The translations under genes and the position numbers were made by a program. Below are positions 24,545-35,084 of a DNA stretch of 64,000 nt, piece by piece (position 1 is the first letter of the stretch; every line of letters begins with the position of its first letter). The stretch is from positions 1 through 64,000 of IMG/VR virus record IMGVR_UViG_3300033153_006492. One strand, written 5' to 3'. The notes under the pieces were generated by a model. It was not told where the DNA came from. It did no database searches and saw nothing but the letters and a program-made list of their open reading frames with translations. The stretch comes from a virus.

Positions 24545-24727
24545 ATGCGATTAAAGAAGAATGTGTTAGAAATTACAGATAAAATGGAAACATTATTAGA
24601 GGCATCATCGGGTGCTATGAAAAAACATACCATTACACCTGATCAATTATATAAAAATCTTGTTCAATTACAGAAAGATTTAGAACGTGCGGTTGTTTTA
24701 ATTAAGCGTGAACCTTCTGAGCAATAA
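24545..24727 (+). CDS. hypothetical protein
   Basis: AAGGAG RBS; after TATATATTTATA motif at 24487. Confidence 0.65.
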   Translation: MRLKKNVLEITDKMETLLEASSGAMKKHTITPDQLYKNLVQLQKDLERAVVLIKREPSEQ

Positions 24728-24729
24728 TT

Positions 24730-26172
24730 ATGCCATTAATTAAAACAGAGAGTAGATTTTTTATATTTCTTGTCGCTATAGCCGCCACATCAGTTGCAAC
24801 GTGGGCTGCTATATTTTCGGTTACAGGATTATCAATGTTATATTCTGGAGCATTGGTATATGTAGCAATAGCGATGGGAGTATTAGAATTTGCCAAGATA
24901 ATAGTAGCATCATATTTATATCGTCATTGGGAAGATACAGCGAAGTGGTTAAGAGCATATTTAACGACTGCTTTAATTTTATTAATGTTGATTACGTCTG
25001 GTGGTATTTATGGGTATCTTACTAACAGCTATCAGGGTGCAACACTTGGTTTAGATAAGATAAATTCCCAAACACAAGTATTTGAACGAATGAAGGTAAA
25101 TTTAGTTGCTGAACGTGAACGATTAACTGGTGATATAGCAACATTAAGAAGCGAACGACAATCGACAATAGAAAATCGAAACGCTGAAATTGCTGCTAAC
25201 AATATGGCTACAGATTCTTCATCAGTAAAATATAGGGCTTGGAGAAATGGACAAGTTCACAAAAGGTATAATGTTGAATTAACGAATATAGATAGTAACG
25301 TTTCTAAGTATGTAACGAATTTGGATTCAACGAATGTGCGAATATCAAGAGCGGAACAGACGATATCTGATAAAAAATTAGAATTGATTGATACAGGAAT
25401 TGATGTTGGGCCTCTTGTGTATTTATCGAGAATGTTCAATACCAGTATGGATTCAGTTATGAAATGGTTTACTCTTGTGATTGTATTTGTATTCGATCCA
25501 TTGGCTATTGCTCTTGTGTTGGCTTTAAATGCTATCATTGTTCGTAAACAAGAAACACAATATACAATAGGAGTTGATCCAGCAATACCGGGAAGTGATA
25601 CTACTGCTATTGTAGTTGGTACTGTTGAAGAAGACGAAATCAAAGTAGCACTTGATTCAATCACATTGGAAGATGAAACTGATGATATATTTGAAGATGC
25701 AAAACCTGTCGAACAAGCATTTGAAGATATAAAGGAACGAATTGATGAACGACCAAGATTCAGTGAGCCGAATAAAAAAGTAGTATCAATACCAGACAAT
25801 GAATTGATTGGTATTTCGATGGTCAAAGAAGGTGGAGAACCTATAACAGAAGTTGAAACAATTGAACCATATGAATATTCTCAACGACCAGACATAGAAT
25901 CTCAAAGTATATTACAAGAATTTGTTGATGTACAACCTATGAAGGCTCCAACTGATGTTGAATTTAATACTGATTTTGGTGATCCTGAAGAACAATATAA
26001 CAAGGACATAGAACCAGAAGAAACAATAACAGAACAAGAAATAACAGATACATTTGAAGATTCTGCACGTGAAATGAGAAAGAAACAATTTGGACAAGTA
26101 TCAAATGTAGTTTATGAATCAGGTGGAACAGTAACAGTAGATCATTCTATTCAAGAAGATGGAGAGGTGTAA
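24730..26172 (+). CDS. membrane protein with coiled coil and acidic tail
   Basis: Three N-terminal TMs (LEFAK, TSGGIYGYL), coiled coil, VGPL...VFDPLA TM. Confidence 0.8.
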   Translation: MPLIKTESRFFIFLVAIAATSVATWAAIFSVTGLSMLYSGALVYVAIAMGVLEFAKIIVASYLYRHWEDTAKWLRAYLTTALILLMLITSGGIYGYLTNSYQGATLGLDKINSQTQVFERMKVNLVAERERLTGDIATLRSERQSTIENRNAEIAANNMATDSSSVKYRAWRNGQVHKRYNVELTNIDSNVSKYVTNLDSTNVRISRAEQTISDKKLELIDTGIDVGPLVYLSRMFNTSMDSVMKWFTLVIVFVFDPLAIALVLALNAIIVRKQETQYTIGVDPAIPGSDTTAIVVGTVEEDEIKVALDSITLEDETDDIFEDAKPVEQAFEDIKERIDERPRFSEPNKKVVSIPDNELIGISMVKEGGEPITEVETIEPYEYSQRPDIESQSILQEFVDVQPMKAPTDVEFNTDFGDPEEQYNKDIEPEETITEQEITDTFEDSAREMRKKQFGQVSNVVYESGGTVTVDHSIQEDGEV

Positions 26173-26173
26173 A

Positions 26174-26968
26174 ATGGCTATACCTAAAGATTTAACAGAA
26201 GGTATTGTATTAAAAAAAGATGGATTATATCGTTATAATTGGGATGATGGTCAGCATATACATACAGCTGATTCATTAGTTCGATGGTTGCGAGAACCAC
26301 TTTATATTGATGATGGTGTTACATTTGAAACATTTTTCGATCTGGTTATGCTTGAATCGGAAAAGATTTCTGATATTTTTCAATCACATTTGGGAGGGTA
26401 TGATTTGTCTGATTGGGCTGATGAATGGAATCAACCAGATAAAACTCTTGATGATGCTGAAGAAGAACAAATTGATCATGTTGAATTGCGGTGGTCTGTT
26501 GAATATCATTCTGATAATCCTGAATACGGTTTAGATGATTGGGTTGATTTTGGTGGTCGTGGGCGTATGAAGAGTAAGGAAGCATTTGGAGATGATGAAT
26601 GGCATGATACTAATTTTGGATTTTCTTTTACTCCAATCAATGAAATAAAACATTATCCATTTAAGATACGGGATGAATGGAGAATTTTTGATTGGAATTT
26701 TGATGCTAATTTAGAGTTACCATCTGAAGAACGGTATGAAGCTGGTTTTATTTTTAATAGCACAAAAGTAATGACAGTGTATGATGTAATTGGCGCTATT
26801 TTATTTGATATTTCATTTTATGGTCCTCCAACAGAACGACAAGATAAGAGTGATGAATTAACAGAACAAGTGGAACATATCAAAGAACATCCTGAAGAAT
26901 GTATAACAATGGATGTTGATGAATTCATAAAGAAAGTGGAGGAGGAGGATTTAGATGAGGAAGTATAA
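26174..26968 (+). CDS. acidic hypothetical protein
   Basis: GAGG RBS; long ORF. Confidence 0.75.
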   Translation: MAIPKDLTEGIVLKKDGLYRYNWDDGQHIHTADSLVRWLREPLYIDDGVTFETFFDLVMLESEKISDIFQSHLGGYDLSDWADEWNQPDKTLDDAEEEQIDHVELRWSVEYHSDNPEYGLDDWVDFGGRGRMKSKEAFGDDEWHDTNFGFSFTPINEIKHYPFKIRDEWRIFDWNFDANLELPSEERYEAGFIFNSTKVMTVYDVIGAILFDISFYGPPTERQDKSDELTEQVEHIKEHPEECITMDVDEFIKKVEEEDLDEEV

Positions 26969-27134
26969 CAGATATAGTGCTGATGAATTGAGAAACTGGA
27001 CTTGTGATGCTGAGATAGGTGGTAAATGGGTAGCAGCAAGACCGGTTGTTTTATGGGGATTTTTTCGTAGATTATCTATGGCATGGGAAGTATTCACAGG
27101 AAAATCTGATGTATTAACTTGGTACAAACAATAA
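26955..27134 (+). CDS. small hypothetical protein (59 aa)
   Basis: GGAGG RBS; WVAARP...RRLSMAWEVFTGKSDVLTW. Confidence 0.65.
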   Translation: MRKYNRYSADELRNWTCDAEIGGKWVAARPVVLWGFFRRLSMAWEVFTGKSDVLTWYKQ

Positions 27135-27390
27135 AGCTTGTTCGCGAATTTCGCTTGTTCGTGTTTTCCATACAAGAGTGAAAAGCGAACACTAAAAAAT
27201 AATTTTTATATATTTATATACAAATAGATAGATAATTCACATTCATTGGTCAAGAGCCTGTTGAAGGCTTTAGAATGTTTTGGACGAAACTTAATATCTG
27301 ACATCCTATACTCTGACTGTATAGGAGTTTCGTTTAAGACATAAATTGATTGGTGGATATTTTATTAACATAAAATAGAGGAGAATTGCT

Positions 27391-28194
27391 ATGAGAAAAA
27401 GAGCAAGAACCCGCCGTCTCAATACTGAGACATCACATCCTGACGTATTTTTAACAATTAACAAAAACCGTCTAAAAATTTACAATGGAAATTCCATTTT
27501 TCTTAAACATGGAGACGAGTTTGAATTAGAATTTGATAATAGAACTCGTACTAAGTGGTTAGCGAAGATTAAACTTAATGGAGAATGGGTATCTAATTCA
27601 GGGCTTGTACTTCGTCCTGGGGAACATATTTTTTTAGATACACCTAATTTAGATTCTCACGACAAACATCGGTTTAGTTTCGAAACATATGAAATAGAAA
27701 GTGGTCGAAGTCATCTTGTTCAAGAGAATGGTCGAGTTGAAGTATTTTTCCATAAACAACAACAGTTAATAGATTGGTGTGGGAGTTATACTTATACATC
27801 TCATATAGACAATACAACACTTCCTCCATTTAATTGGAGAAGTTCTGGTACTCATCATTATGATTCGAATAATGGAGATGGAGTTTCTATTAGTAATACA
27901 AGTGGACTTACATCTAATTCTGACTCTATATTGTATTGTTCTACTCCTGTTGCTGCTGCTGGTCCTCCAATGGAAGAAACAGGTAGAATTGAACAAGGTT
28001 CAGAATCTAACCAAGATTTTGTTAATTCACAAGACTCATTTGAGAGTTTTCATTCTCATTCAGTGGAATATATAATTCTTCCTGTGTCGAAGAAGTCTAC
28101 AACGATTCAGGACATCAAGCAGTATTGTTCTGGATGTGGAAAACGTCGCAAAAAGAATGATAATTTCTGCCCGAGTTGTGGAACTAAGTTTTAA
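27391..28194 (+). CDS. hypothetical protein with C-terminal double zinc ribbon
   Basis: GAGGAG RBS; CSGC...FCPSCG. Confidence 0.8.
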   Translation: MRKRARTRRLNTETSHPDVFLTINKNRLKIYNGNSIFLKHGDEFELEFDNRTRTKWLAKIKLNGEWVSNSGLVLRPGEHIFLDTPNLDSHDKHRFSFETYEIESGRSHLVQENGRVEVFFHKQQQLIDWCGSYTYTSHIDNTTLPPFNWRSSGTHHYDSNNGDGVSISNTSGLTSNSDSILYCSTPVAAAGPPMEETGRIEQGSESNQDFVNSQDSFESFHSHSVEYIILPVSKKSTTIQDIKQYCSGCGKRRKKNDNFCPSCGTKF

Positions 28195-28262
28195 TAGTGT
28201 TGTATAATTATATATAGAAACTATTAAAAGGTTATGTTCATAATGCCTCCGAGGTTACATTT

Positions 28263-28295
28263 AGGGCGATTTGTGATGAACAAGTCGCCTTTTTT
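28263..28295 (+). terminator. intrinsic terminator
   Basis: GGCGATTTGT/ACAAGTCGCC plus T run. Confidence 0.75.
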
Positions 28296-28297
28296 AT

Positions 28298-28326
28298 TTG
28301 ACATTGAGTTGTGGATTTAGTATATT
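28298..28326 (+). promoter_or_regulatory. sigma70-type early promoter
   Basis: TTGACA-17-TATATT-CTG. Confidence 0.75.
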
Positions 28327-28354
28327 CTGTAAAACTAACATAAGGGAAAATGTA

Positions 28355-29116
28355 ATGACTGATAGTTTAGGTGATCGGATGAAGAAATATGAAAAACAAG
28401 CATCTAATCAAATTGATGCTAATCTTCCTGTATTTGTACGATTGGATGGTAAAGCCTTCCATACATGGGTAAAAATTATGGGATGTGAGAAACCATTTGA
28501 TGAATCACTTTCATATCTTTTTCAAACAGCAACAGTTAATACTTGTCAAGATATTGGACAAGTGATTATGGCTTATAGTCAATCGGACGAAGTGACATTT
28601 TTATTAAGTGGTTGGCAGCATCTTGATTCCCAGATTTATTTTGGTGGGAAGAGTCAAAAGATTACGTCTGTTATTGCATCTATATTTACTGGTCATTTTA
28701 TCAGGACTTTGTTAGGTATGAATGAATATGCTGTATTGGCTGATGGTGAAATCAAATTACCTTCATTTGATGCTCGTGTATTTAATGTGCCTGTACATGA
28801 AATTGAAAATGTTTTTATTTGGCGACAGATGGATGCTAAGAGAAATTCTATTCAATCAATAGCCCGTTCATTGTATAGTCATAAAGAATTAAATGGAAAA
28901 TCATCTAAGATTATGTTAGATATGATTAAAGCTAAAGATTTAGATTGGAACGATTTACCTATTATTCAAAAGCTTGGATTTGTTGTTAAAAAGGATGAAT
29001 ACATTGTTCCGTCTGATACTGGTAATGTTGTTCGTACTCGTTGGATAATTGATAATGATATTCCATTTTTTGTAGATGAATCTGAATATATTACTGATTT
29101 AATTTCAGCAGAATAA
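28355..29116 (+). CDS. thg1: tRNA(His) guanylyltransferase Thg1-like (3'-5' polymerase)
   Basis: RLDGKAFH, YSQSDEVTF, FDARVF, WRQMDAKRNS. Confidence 0.93.
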   Translation: MTDSLGDRMKKYEKQASNQIDANLPVFVRLDGKAFHTWVKIMGCEKPFDESLSYLFQTATVNTCQDIGQVIMAYSQSDEVTFLLSGWQHLDSQIYFGGKSQKITSVIASIFTGHFIRTLLGMNEYAVLADGEIKLPSFDARVFNVPVHEIENVFIWRQMDAKRNSIQSIARSLYSHKELNGKSSKIMLDMIKAKDLDWNDLPIIQKLGFVVKKDEYIVPSDTGNVVRTRWIIDNDIPFFVDESEYITDLISAE

Positions 29117-29126
29117 AGGAAAGGAA

Positions 29127-29447
29127 ATGAAAATAATAAATAAAACTATTGGAATTTTATTGTTATTAGTTTGTTTAGGATTTGCTCAAACTGATAGATG
29201 GCGTTTAGCTATTTATCAAGATTCAGAACCTGGTATAGAGTTGTATCGAGTTTATAATACAGAAGCGCCAATATCAACACCTGAAATAATGGATAGTATT
29301 TATCATTTTATTGAAGATGATTCCTTATTGGAGTATATACATTTACTCGATAGTTGCGATGTATTGAATTATTATAGAATTACTGAGGTTAATAGAACAT
29401 CAGCTGTAGTGAATATGGGAAGTGATTTAATAAAAATGAAGGTATAA
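29127..29447 (+). CDS. hypothetical secreted protein
   Basis: Signal-peptide-like N-terminus. Confidence 0.55.
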   Translation: MKIINKTIGILLLLVCLGFAQTDRWRLAIYQDSEPGIELYRVYNTEAPISTPEIMDSIYHFIEDDSLLEYIHLLDSCDVLNYYRITEVNRTSAVVNMGSDLIKMKV

Positions 29448-29737
29448 CGATATTAGCTTATGGTGATATATTCGAAGATAATTCATTGGATACTTTAATT
29501 GGTTATATTGTAGAAACTGTTGATGTGCAAGTTGAAATAAATAGTTTGGGGTATGTATTTGTTTCTGGTACTAACCCAGGATTTTTAGAAAATGGAACCT
29601 TTAAATTAGTTGTAACTGATACTGGTGGTTTTTATGATAGTATTTTTATGACGGTTGCGCTTAATGACCCATTATTATTTTTTCCACTTTCACCAGCAAG
29701 ATTACGAATAAAATAAGTAGAATAAAGGGAGTATTAT

Positions 29738-30094
29738 ATGGGAAACACAAAAGTAACATTTCACACTCCGAAAACAACTGGGAAATCAATGTGGCAAATT
29801 TTTGTTCCAGTGACTGGTATTGATGGTTACGACATACAATTAAGTCATCATCAGAAGTGGGATCGACAGGTGAGAAAACTTGCAGGTGGTTTAACTATTA
29901 ACAAAAAGGCTCGTGGGATATGGCAAAATCCAATGACAGGGAAATTATTTGAAGAAAAGATGATACCTGTTTTAATCGGGTGTTCGTTTGAAGAAATGGA
30001 AACTATATTAGAATTTACATTAGAGCATTACATTCAAGAGGCTGTAATGTGTTACAAAGTGAGTGACACAATAGTAATAATGGAAAGGACATGA
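29738..30094 (+). CDS. hypothetical protein
   Basis: RBS; GGLTI...GIW...HYIQEAV. Confidence 0.7.
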   Translation: MGNTKVTFHTPKTTGKSMWQIFVPVTGIDGYDIQLSHHQKWDRQVRKLAGGLTINKKARGIWQNPMTGKLFEEKMIPVLIGCSFEEMETILEFTLEHYIQEAVMCYKVSDTIVIMERT

Positions 30095-30255
30095 TATGAG
30101 TTTTTTATGGCGAAGAACATATGATGATAATGGTATAATTGGTCCTGGTTATAGTCGTTGGTGTACATCAAAAGAATTAAATACAGGTAACATTGCATTG
30201 GTTATATCAATTATAGTATTAATTTTGGTAGTGGTTTTTATTGTGTGGAGGTGAG

Positions 30256-30669
30256 ATGGGAATTGGTAAATCGGCTGGATTGGCAATAGTATGTGGTGAT
30301 GAAATTTTATTAGTTCATCCTACGAATGCGCCTTGGACTGGAACATATTCAATACCAAAAGGGTTGATAGAAGATTTTGAAACAGCGTTTGAAGCTGCTA
30401 TTCGTGAGACGAAAGAAGAAATAGGATTAGATATTACTGTAGATATGATTGAATCACCCGGTGATATTATATATTATAGAAAGGCTAATAATAAAATATA
30501 TAAAAAGGTTTTTTATTTTATAGTTCGATTGGATAAAAAACCTGAAATTAAAAAAGAGAATCTCCAATTGGATGAAGTTGACTGGGCAGGTTTTGTTCAT
30601 AAAGATGAAGTTGAAGAAAAAATTTTCTGGAGATTTTTACCAATTTTGGAAAAGGTGTTTGAACGATAA
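30256..30669 (+). CDS. NUDIX hydrolase
   Basis: PKGLIEDFETAFEAAIRETKEEIG Nudix box. Confidence 0.92.
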   Translation: MGIGKSAGLAIVCGDEILLVHPTNAPWTGTYSIPKGLIEDFETAFEAAIRETKEEIGLDITVDMIESPGDIIYYRKANNKIYKKVFYFIVRLDKKPEIKKENLQLDEVDWAGFVHKDEVEEKIFWRFLPILEKVFER

Positions 30670-32654
30670 TGGCTAATTTTGATAAACATTATGTAGTTAA
30701 TTTTGCTCGCTTAGTATTAGAGTATGAAACTAAAGGTAAGATACTGGGTATAGCGTCGTCTGATAAAATGCTTCTTAGTCATGTGATGCGGGGTAAAATA
30801 AAAGAGTACGACGTTGTAAAGTTGATTGATAAAGCTTTATGTAAGTATGTAACTTTATTTTCATCTTATGGGATAAACTATAAGTCCTTAGCAATATCGA
30901 ATGATGATATAACTGCTGGAAAACGGGTATTTGATAAGTTAAGTATTTATGTTGATTTACAAAGCAACATGTTAGAAATACGATTACCGTGGTTGACGCG
31001 AAATAAATTTGATCCTTTGATACAATTCTTCAGAGAAGATTTGAACATGGAATTTGAAAAGCGTCAAGATAAGGATCCTGTTTGGTTTACTCTTGTACGA
31101 GATGAAGGAGTATTTGATGAAATAAAAAACAATCCATTAGTACAAGAAATTGGTTATGAAATGGATGACAGACAGATATTAGATTCGATTGCAAAGGCTA
31201 GAGTTGACAAGGAAAAACAAAAGAAGTTATTTGGGCTTTCAATGACAGCCAATCTTGGAATAGAATCCGGCGAATTCAAAGGATTATTTGCTAAGTTATA
31301 TCCATTCCAACAAGTTGCTATTGAGTATTCTAAATTTAGAAATGGTATATTAATTGCTGACGAAATGGGATTAGGGAAGACGCTTCAAGCTCTTGCTATC
31401 ACAGAATATCATCAGTTATATCCTGCTGTGATTGTAGTTCCTGCGATGTTACGACAGAATTGGAAACGCGAAATTGAATTATGGTTACCTCATAAGAAGG
31501 TGTCTGTGATTACTTCAAAAAAGGTTATACCTCCTGGAGAAATATATGTAGTTAGTTATGGAATGGTATCAGATTTGGGTAGTCGATTTTATATTAAGAA
31601 ACCAAAAGTTATTATATGTGATGAATCTCATTATTTGAAAAATCCTGACGCTGCTCGTACAGAATTTGTATTGAAGTATTTTAAGGATGTACCATTTAAG
31701 ATATTAACTACTGGAACACCGATATTAAATAAAACTCTTGAATTAGTACCTCAATTGGATTTGATTGGAGTTTTGGATTCACACTTTGGTGGTCGTAGAA
31801 AATTTATTAAACGATATGCTCCACCTCAATTTAATGGATATGGAACAACATACGGAAGCGCTAACGAAGAAGAATTACAAGTAGAATTACGAAAATCGTG
31901 TATGCTTCGTCGATTGAAAAAAGATGTATTAACTGAATTACCAGATAAGATTCGTCAAATTGTTTTATTGCCATTATCTGATAGAGCGGCTTATGAAAAG
32001 GTAGAACAGGATTCAATTAATTGGTATGAAACAAAACTTAAACGACAAGATTTATCTAAAGAAGAAGTTGATAAACAAGTTCAACAAAAATTGGCAACTC
32101 GTAGTTCTTTTGCTGAAAGAATGATTCGTGTAGAATATTTACGACAAGCCGCTGTTGATTACAAAATGAAGGCTGTATTTGAATGGATTGATGATACATT
32201 AGAACAAGTTGATAAATTAGTAGTATTTGCTTATCATAGAAACACTGTTGAACAATTATATAAACGATATGAAAAAATGTCTGTTATGTTATATGGTGGT
32301 ATGAGTGGTCAAGTTGATAGTATTGTAAATAAGTTTGTGACTGATAAACAAACTCGGTTATTTATAGGTTCAATGAAATCGGCTGGAATTGGTATTGATG
32401 GACTTCAGGAAGTGTGTGATAGAGCCGTATTTGTTGAATTAGATTGGACACCAGCAATAATGGCTCAGGCTGAAGATAGATTACATAGGATAAAGCAAAA
32501 GAATACTGTACACATATATTATTTGATTGGTGAAGGAACGATTGAAGAATATGTACATAGCATAGTTGTTGAGAAGGAAGAAATTTTCGAAAAGGCGACG
32601 AACATAAGCAAGTTATTTACTTGGATGAAGAAACGCAAGGCAGCGAAAGAATGA
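30669..32654 (+). CDS. SNF2-family helicase (SMARCAL1/HARP-like)
   Basis: ADEMGLGKT, DESH, TGTP, QAEDRLHRI. Confidence 0.93.
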   Translation: MANFDKHYVVNFARLVLEYETKGKILGIASSDKMLLSHVMRGKIKEYDVVKLIDKALCKYVTLFSSYGINYKSLAISNDDITAGKRVFDKLSIYVDLQSNMLEIRLPWLTRNKFDPLIQFFREDLNMEFEKRQDKDPVWFTLVRDEGVFDEIKNNPLVQEIGYEMDDRQILDSIAKARVDKEKQKKLFGLSMTANLGIESGEFKGLFAKLYPFQQVAIEYSKFRNGILIADEMGLGKTLQALAITEYHQLYPAVIVVPAMLRQNWKREIELWLPHKKVSVITSKKVIPPGEIYVVSYGMVSDLGSRFYIKKPKVIICDESHYLKNPDAARTEFVLKYFKDVPFKILTTGTPILNKTLELVPQLDLIGVLDSHFGGRRKFIKRYAPPQFNGYGTTYGSANEEELQVELRKSCMLRRLKKDVLTELPDKIRQIVLLPLSDRAAYEKVEQDSINWYETKLKRQDLSKEEVDKQVQQKLATRSSFAERMIRVEYLRQAAVDYKMKAVFEWIDDTLEQVDKLVVFAYHRNTVEQLYKRYEKMSVMLYGGMSGQVDSIVNKFVTDKQTRLFIGSMKSAGIGIDGLQEVCDRAVFVELDWTPAIMAQAEDRLHRIKQKNTVHIYYLIGEGTIEEYVHSIVVEKEEIFEKATNISKLFTWMKKRKAAKE

Positions 32655-33187
32655 AAATCATATTTTTAGATTTTGATGGAGTGGTTTGTATATGGAATTC
32701 AATACATAGCGCTCGTAAATTATTTAAGGATAGTATAAATATCTCAGACAGGGATGCTTGTCATATACAAATGATTGATCCTACTTTAGTTGAAAATCTT
32801 AATAAAGTTATAGAACAAACTGATGCTAAGGTGGTAATATCTTCGTCGTGGAGATATGGAAATACGACTGATGAATTATTATTATATTTACAAAAACAAG
32901 GATTTACAGGAGAAGTTATAGACAGAACTCCTGTGTGGAAGGAATATAAAGATGAATTGGGTTCACTTACAGCGAATGAATTCATCCGATTTTGGGAATA
33001 TACTCGTGGAAATGAAATACATATGTGGTTAGAAAAACATGATGTTGAGTCTTTTGTTATACTTGATGATGAGGTTTCTGACATATTTCCTGTATTTCCC
33101 GATAATTATATACGGACGGATATGGAACGCGGATTTCACAGCGAACTTATTCAAGAGGCTATAGATAAATTAAACAAGGAGGCATAA
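32651..33187 (+). CDS. HAD phosphatase (Swiss-Army-knife RNA repair-like)
   Basis: IFLDFDGV, VISSSWR, RGNEI, FVILDD. Confidence 0.85.
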   Translation: MKIIFLDFDGVVCIWNSIHSARKLFKDSINISDRDACHIQMIDPTLVENLNKVIEQTDAKVVISSSWRYGNTTDELLLYLQKQGFTGEVIDRTPVWKEYKDELGSLTANEFIRFWEYTRGNEIHMWLEKHDVESFVILDDEVSDIFPVFPDNYIRTDMERGFHSELIQEAIDKLNKEA

Positions 33188-33189
33188 CA

Positions 33190-33630
33190 ATGGGTACTGG
33201 AGTTAAAAAAATAAAAAAATCAAAAAGCGAACAAAAGGAAGCTATACTTCCTGTTGAACCAACTATAATTGCTGACGAACCAAAGCGTAAATCACAAAAG
33301 GTAAATGTATTGGTTTCTATATTTCGTTATGGTGATAAAATTGTTTCACATTTAGGTATTCCTCATCCTACACATGAAATAGAACATAGAATACCAAAGA
33401 AGAATCTGAAACCAGAAGAAATTTTTAATATCATTAGTGCTTTGACTAATGAACCATATTATAAGAATTCAAATGATGGTCGTTGGGAAACGACTGTTAA
33501 ATGTGCTCTTGATCAAAATTTTCCTGAAATTCCGATTCCTAAACAAAAAGCATCTATTCTCAGTTCACGACCAATAGGTAAATTGGTTCATGAAATTTTG
33601 AATGTGGAAATTGAATTATTCTTAAAATAA
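33190..33630 (+). CDS. hypothetical protein
   Basis: GGAGG RBS. Confidence 0.65.
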   Translation: MGTGVKKIKKSKSEQKEAILPVEPTIIADEPKRKSQKVNVLVSIFRYGDKIVSHLGIPHPTHEIEHRIPKKNLKPEEIFNIISALTNEPYYKNSNDGRWETTVKCALDQNFPEIPIPKQKASILSSRPIGKLVHEILNVEIELFLK

Positions 33631-33644
33631 CGAAAGAGTGAATA

Positions 33645-33827
33645 ATGGCTAAAAAATCAAAATTTGATACAGACCCTGATGTAATTAAAAAGGGATTCAA
33701 TTATTATTGTTTTGCGTGTAAAGAATCGTACAGGTGGGGTAAATTGGTTGCGAAAGAAATGGGCGTGTTTGAAATGATGACATGTCCGGAATGTGGTGAA
33801 ATGGTGACTGATCTTAAAAGAAAGTAG
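33645..33827 (+). CDS. small zinc-ribbon protein
   Basis: CFAC...CPECG. Confidence 0.65.
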   Translation: MAKKSKFDTDPDVIKKGFNYYCFACKESYRWGKLVAKEMGVFEMMTCPECGEMVTDLKRK

Positions 33828-33835
33828 GCTTATTA

Positions 33836-34021
33836 ATGGATGGAGTACTAATTCCAGAAGTTTTTTTCAAAGGTGTTGAAGGTAAAACAATAATAAAATA
33901 TCGTTTAGCATTTGAGTGGAAAGGCACTGGTATATTAGTATGTATTCCAGCAAATGGCGATAAACCATATGCAAAGACAATTAAGATGGATGAATTATCA
34001 AGTGTGCGGTATTATCGGTAG
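33836..34021 (+). CDS. hypothetical protein
   Basis: ORF track; ends in TAG. Confidence 0.55.
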   Translation: MDGVLIPEVFFKGVEGKTIIKYRLAFEWKGTGILVCIPANGDKPYAKTIKMDELSSVRYYR

Positions 34022-34036
34022 GAGAAATAACACAGG

Positions 34037-34267
34037 ATGTATAAAGCAGGAGAGTTTGATTTTGAATTCAAGTTACCATTTAAATCTAATAATTTCAATG
34101 TTGTAATTTATAAATGGAAAATAATAGACACAAAAAGATATGGTCGTAAAGTAGTTGTACAAGGCTATGGAAATGATGGCGAATTGTATGATGGACAAGC
34201 GAGCATAACTGCTAAGGGTGTCATAAAGAATGTTCATGTAGATATTAACAGTGGGAGGTGGGAATAG
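34037..34267 (+). CDS. hypothetical protein
   Basis: ORF track; TAG directly followed by in-frame ATG. Confidence 0.6.
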   Translation: MYKAGEFDFEFKLPFKSNNFNVVIYKWKIIDTKRYGRKVVVQGYGNDGELYDGQASITAKGVIKNVHVDINSGRWE

Positions 34268-34597
34268 ATGCTTGTTCAAGAATGTTACAGAATAGTTGAA
34301 GTAAAGAATGGTGATTATTATAGTTTATTTCATGGAACGAAAAGGTCACGAAAATTAGAACGTGGTAAATGGTTATCAGCCGACAAGAAAATTGTAAATG
34401 ATGGTTCGTGTGCTACGAAGTATGAATCTGGTTGGCATGTCTTAAAATCTAAAGAAGAAACAGAACAATTTTTAGAAAAAATGTTTCGTGTAAAAAAGGA
34501 TCGAAGAGTTATACCTGTTTTAGTCATGGGGCTTCGCCCAAAATCACACAGTCGACATGAAGTATATTTAGCAGACGAAATGTTTATATTTGAATGA
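34268..34597 (+). CDS. hypothetical protein
   Basis: GGAGG RBS; SLFHG...YESGWH. Confidence 0.7.
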   Translation: MLVQECYRIVEVKNGDYYSLFHGTKRSRKLERGKWLSADKKIVNDGSCATKYESGWHVLKSKEETEQFLEKMFRVKKDRRVIPVLVMGLRPKSHSRHEVYLADEMFIFE

Positions 34598-34860
34598 AAG
34601 TAGGAGGTTGCATGAAAACAATTCATATTACTGTAAGTTCCGCTGCTGGTAGCGGAAAATCAAGAGTGCTTTATTTAATTAAAGAAACGTTGCGTAATCG
34701 AGGATTTGATGTTAAATTTAATGGAGGTATGGATTTTTCAACTGAAAAATCTTTTGATGAACAGATGCATGAAAACATTTATGAAGTGATTGATTCAATT
34801 GCTGATATGTCAGAAATTGTTATAGAAGAAAAACAACTTAATAGAAATGTGAAGGAATAA
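34594..34860 (+). CDS. hypothetical protein with P-loop-like motif
   Basis: SAAGSGKS; start may be ATG 34612. Confidence 0.6.
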   Translation: MKVGGCMKTIHITVSSAAGSGKSRVLYLIKETLRNRGFDVKFNGGMDFSTEKSFDEQMHENIYEVIDSIADMSEIVIEEKQLNRNVKE

Positions 34861-34877
34861 AATAGAAGGGAAAATTA

Positions 34878-35084
34878 ATGGACGTTAGGAAGAATCAATT
34901 AGTTAAATTCACACCGCCAGTTGGATATGAGGATGAATATCCATTTGAAAAAGATGAAGTGGTTTTGTTTCTGGGTGAAATTGAATTAATGAGTGGACAT
35001 TGTATTGTAGTTAAAAAAACTGGGCAAGTATTGTGGGGATACCACACTGATAATTTTATACCGATCACAGAGGAGGAAATATGA
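34878..35084 (+). CDS. hypothetical protein
   Basis: FLGEIELMSGHCIV...GYHTDNF. Confidence 0.65.
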   Translation: MDVRKNQLVKFTPPVGYEDEYPFEKDEVVLFLGEIELMSGHCIVVKKTGQVLWGYHTDNFIPITEEEI

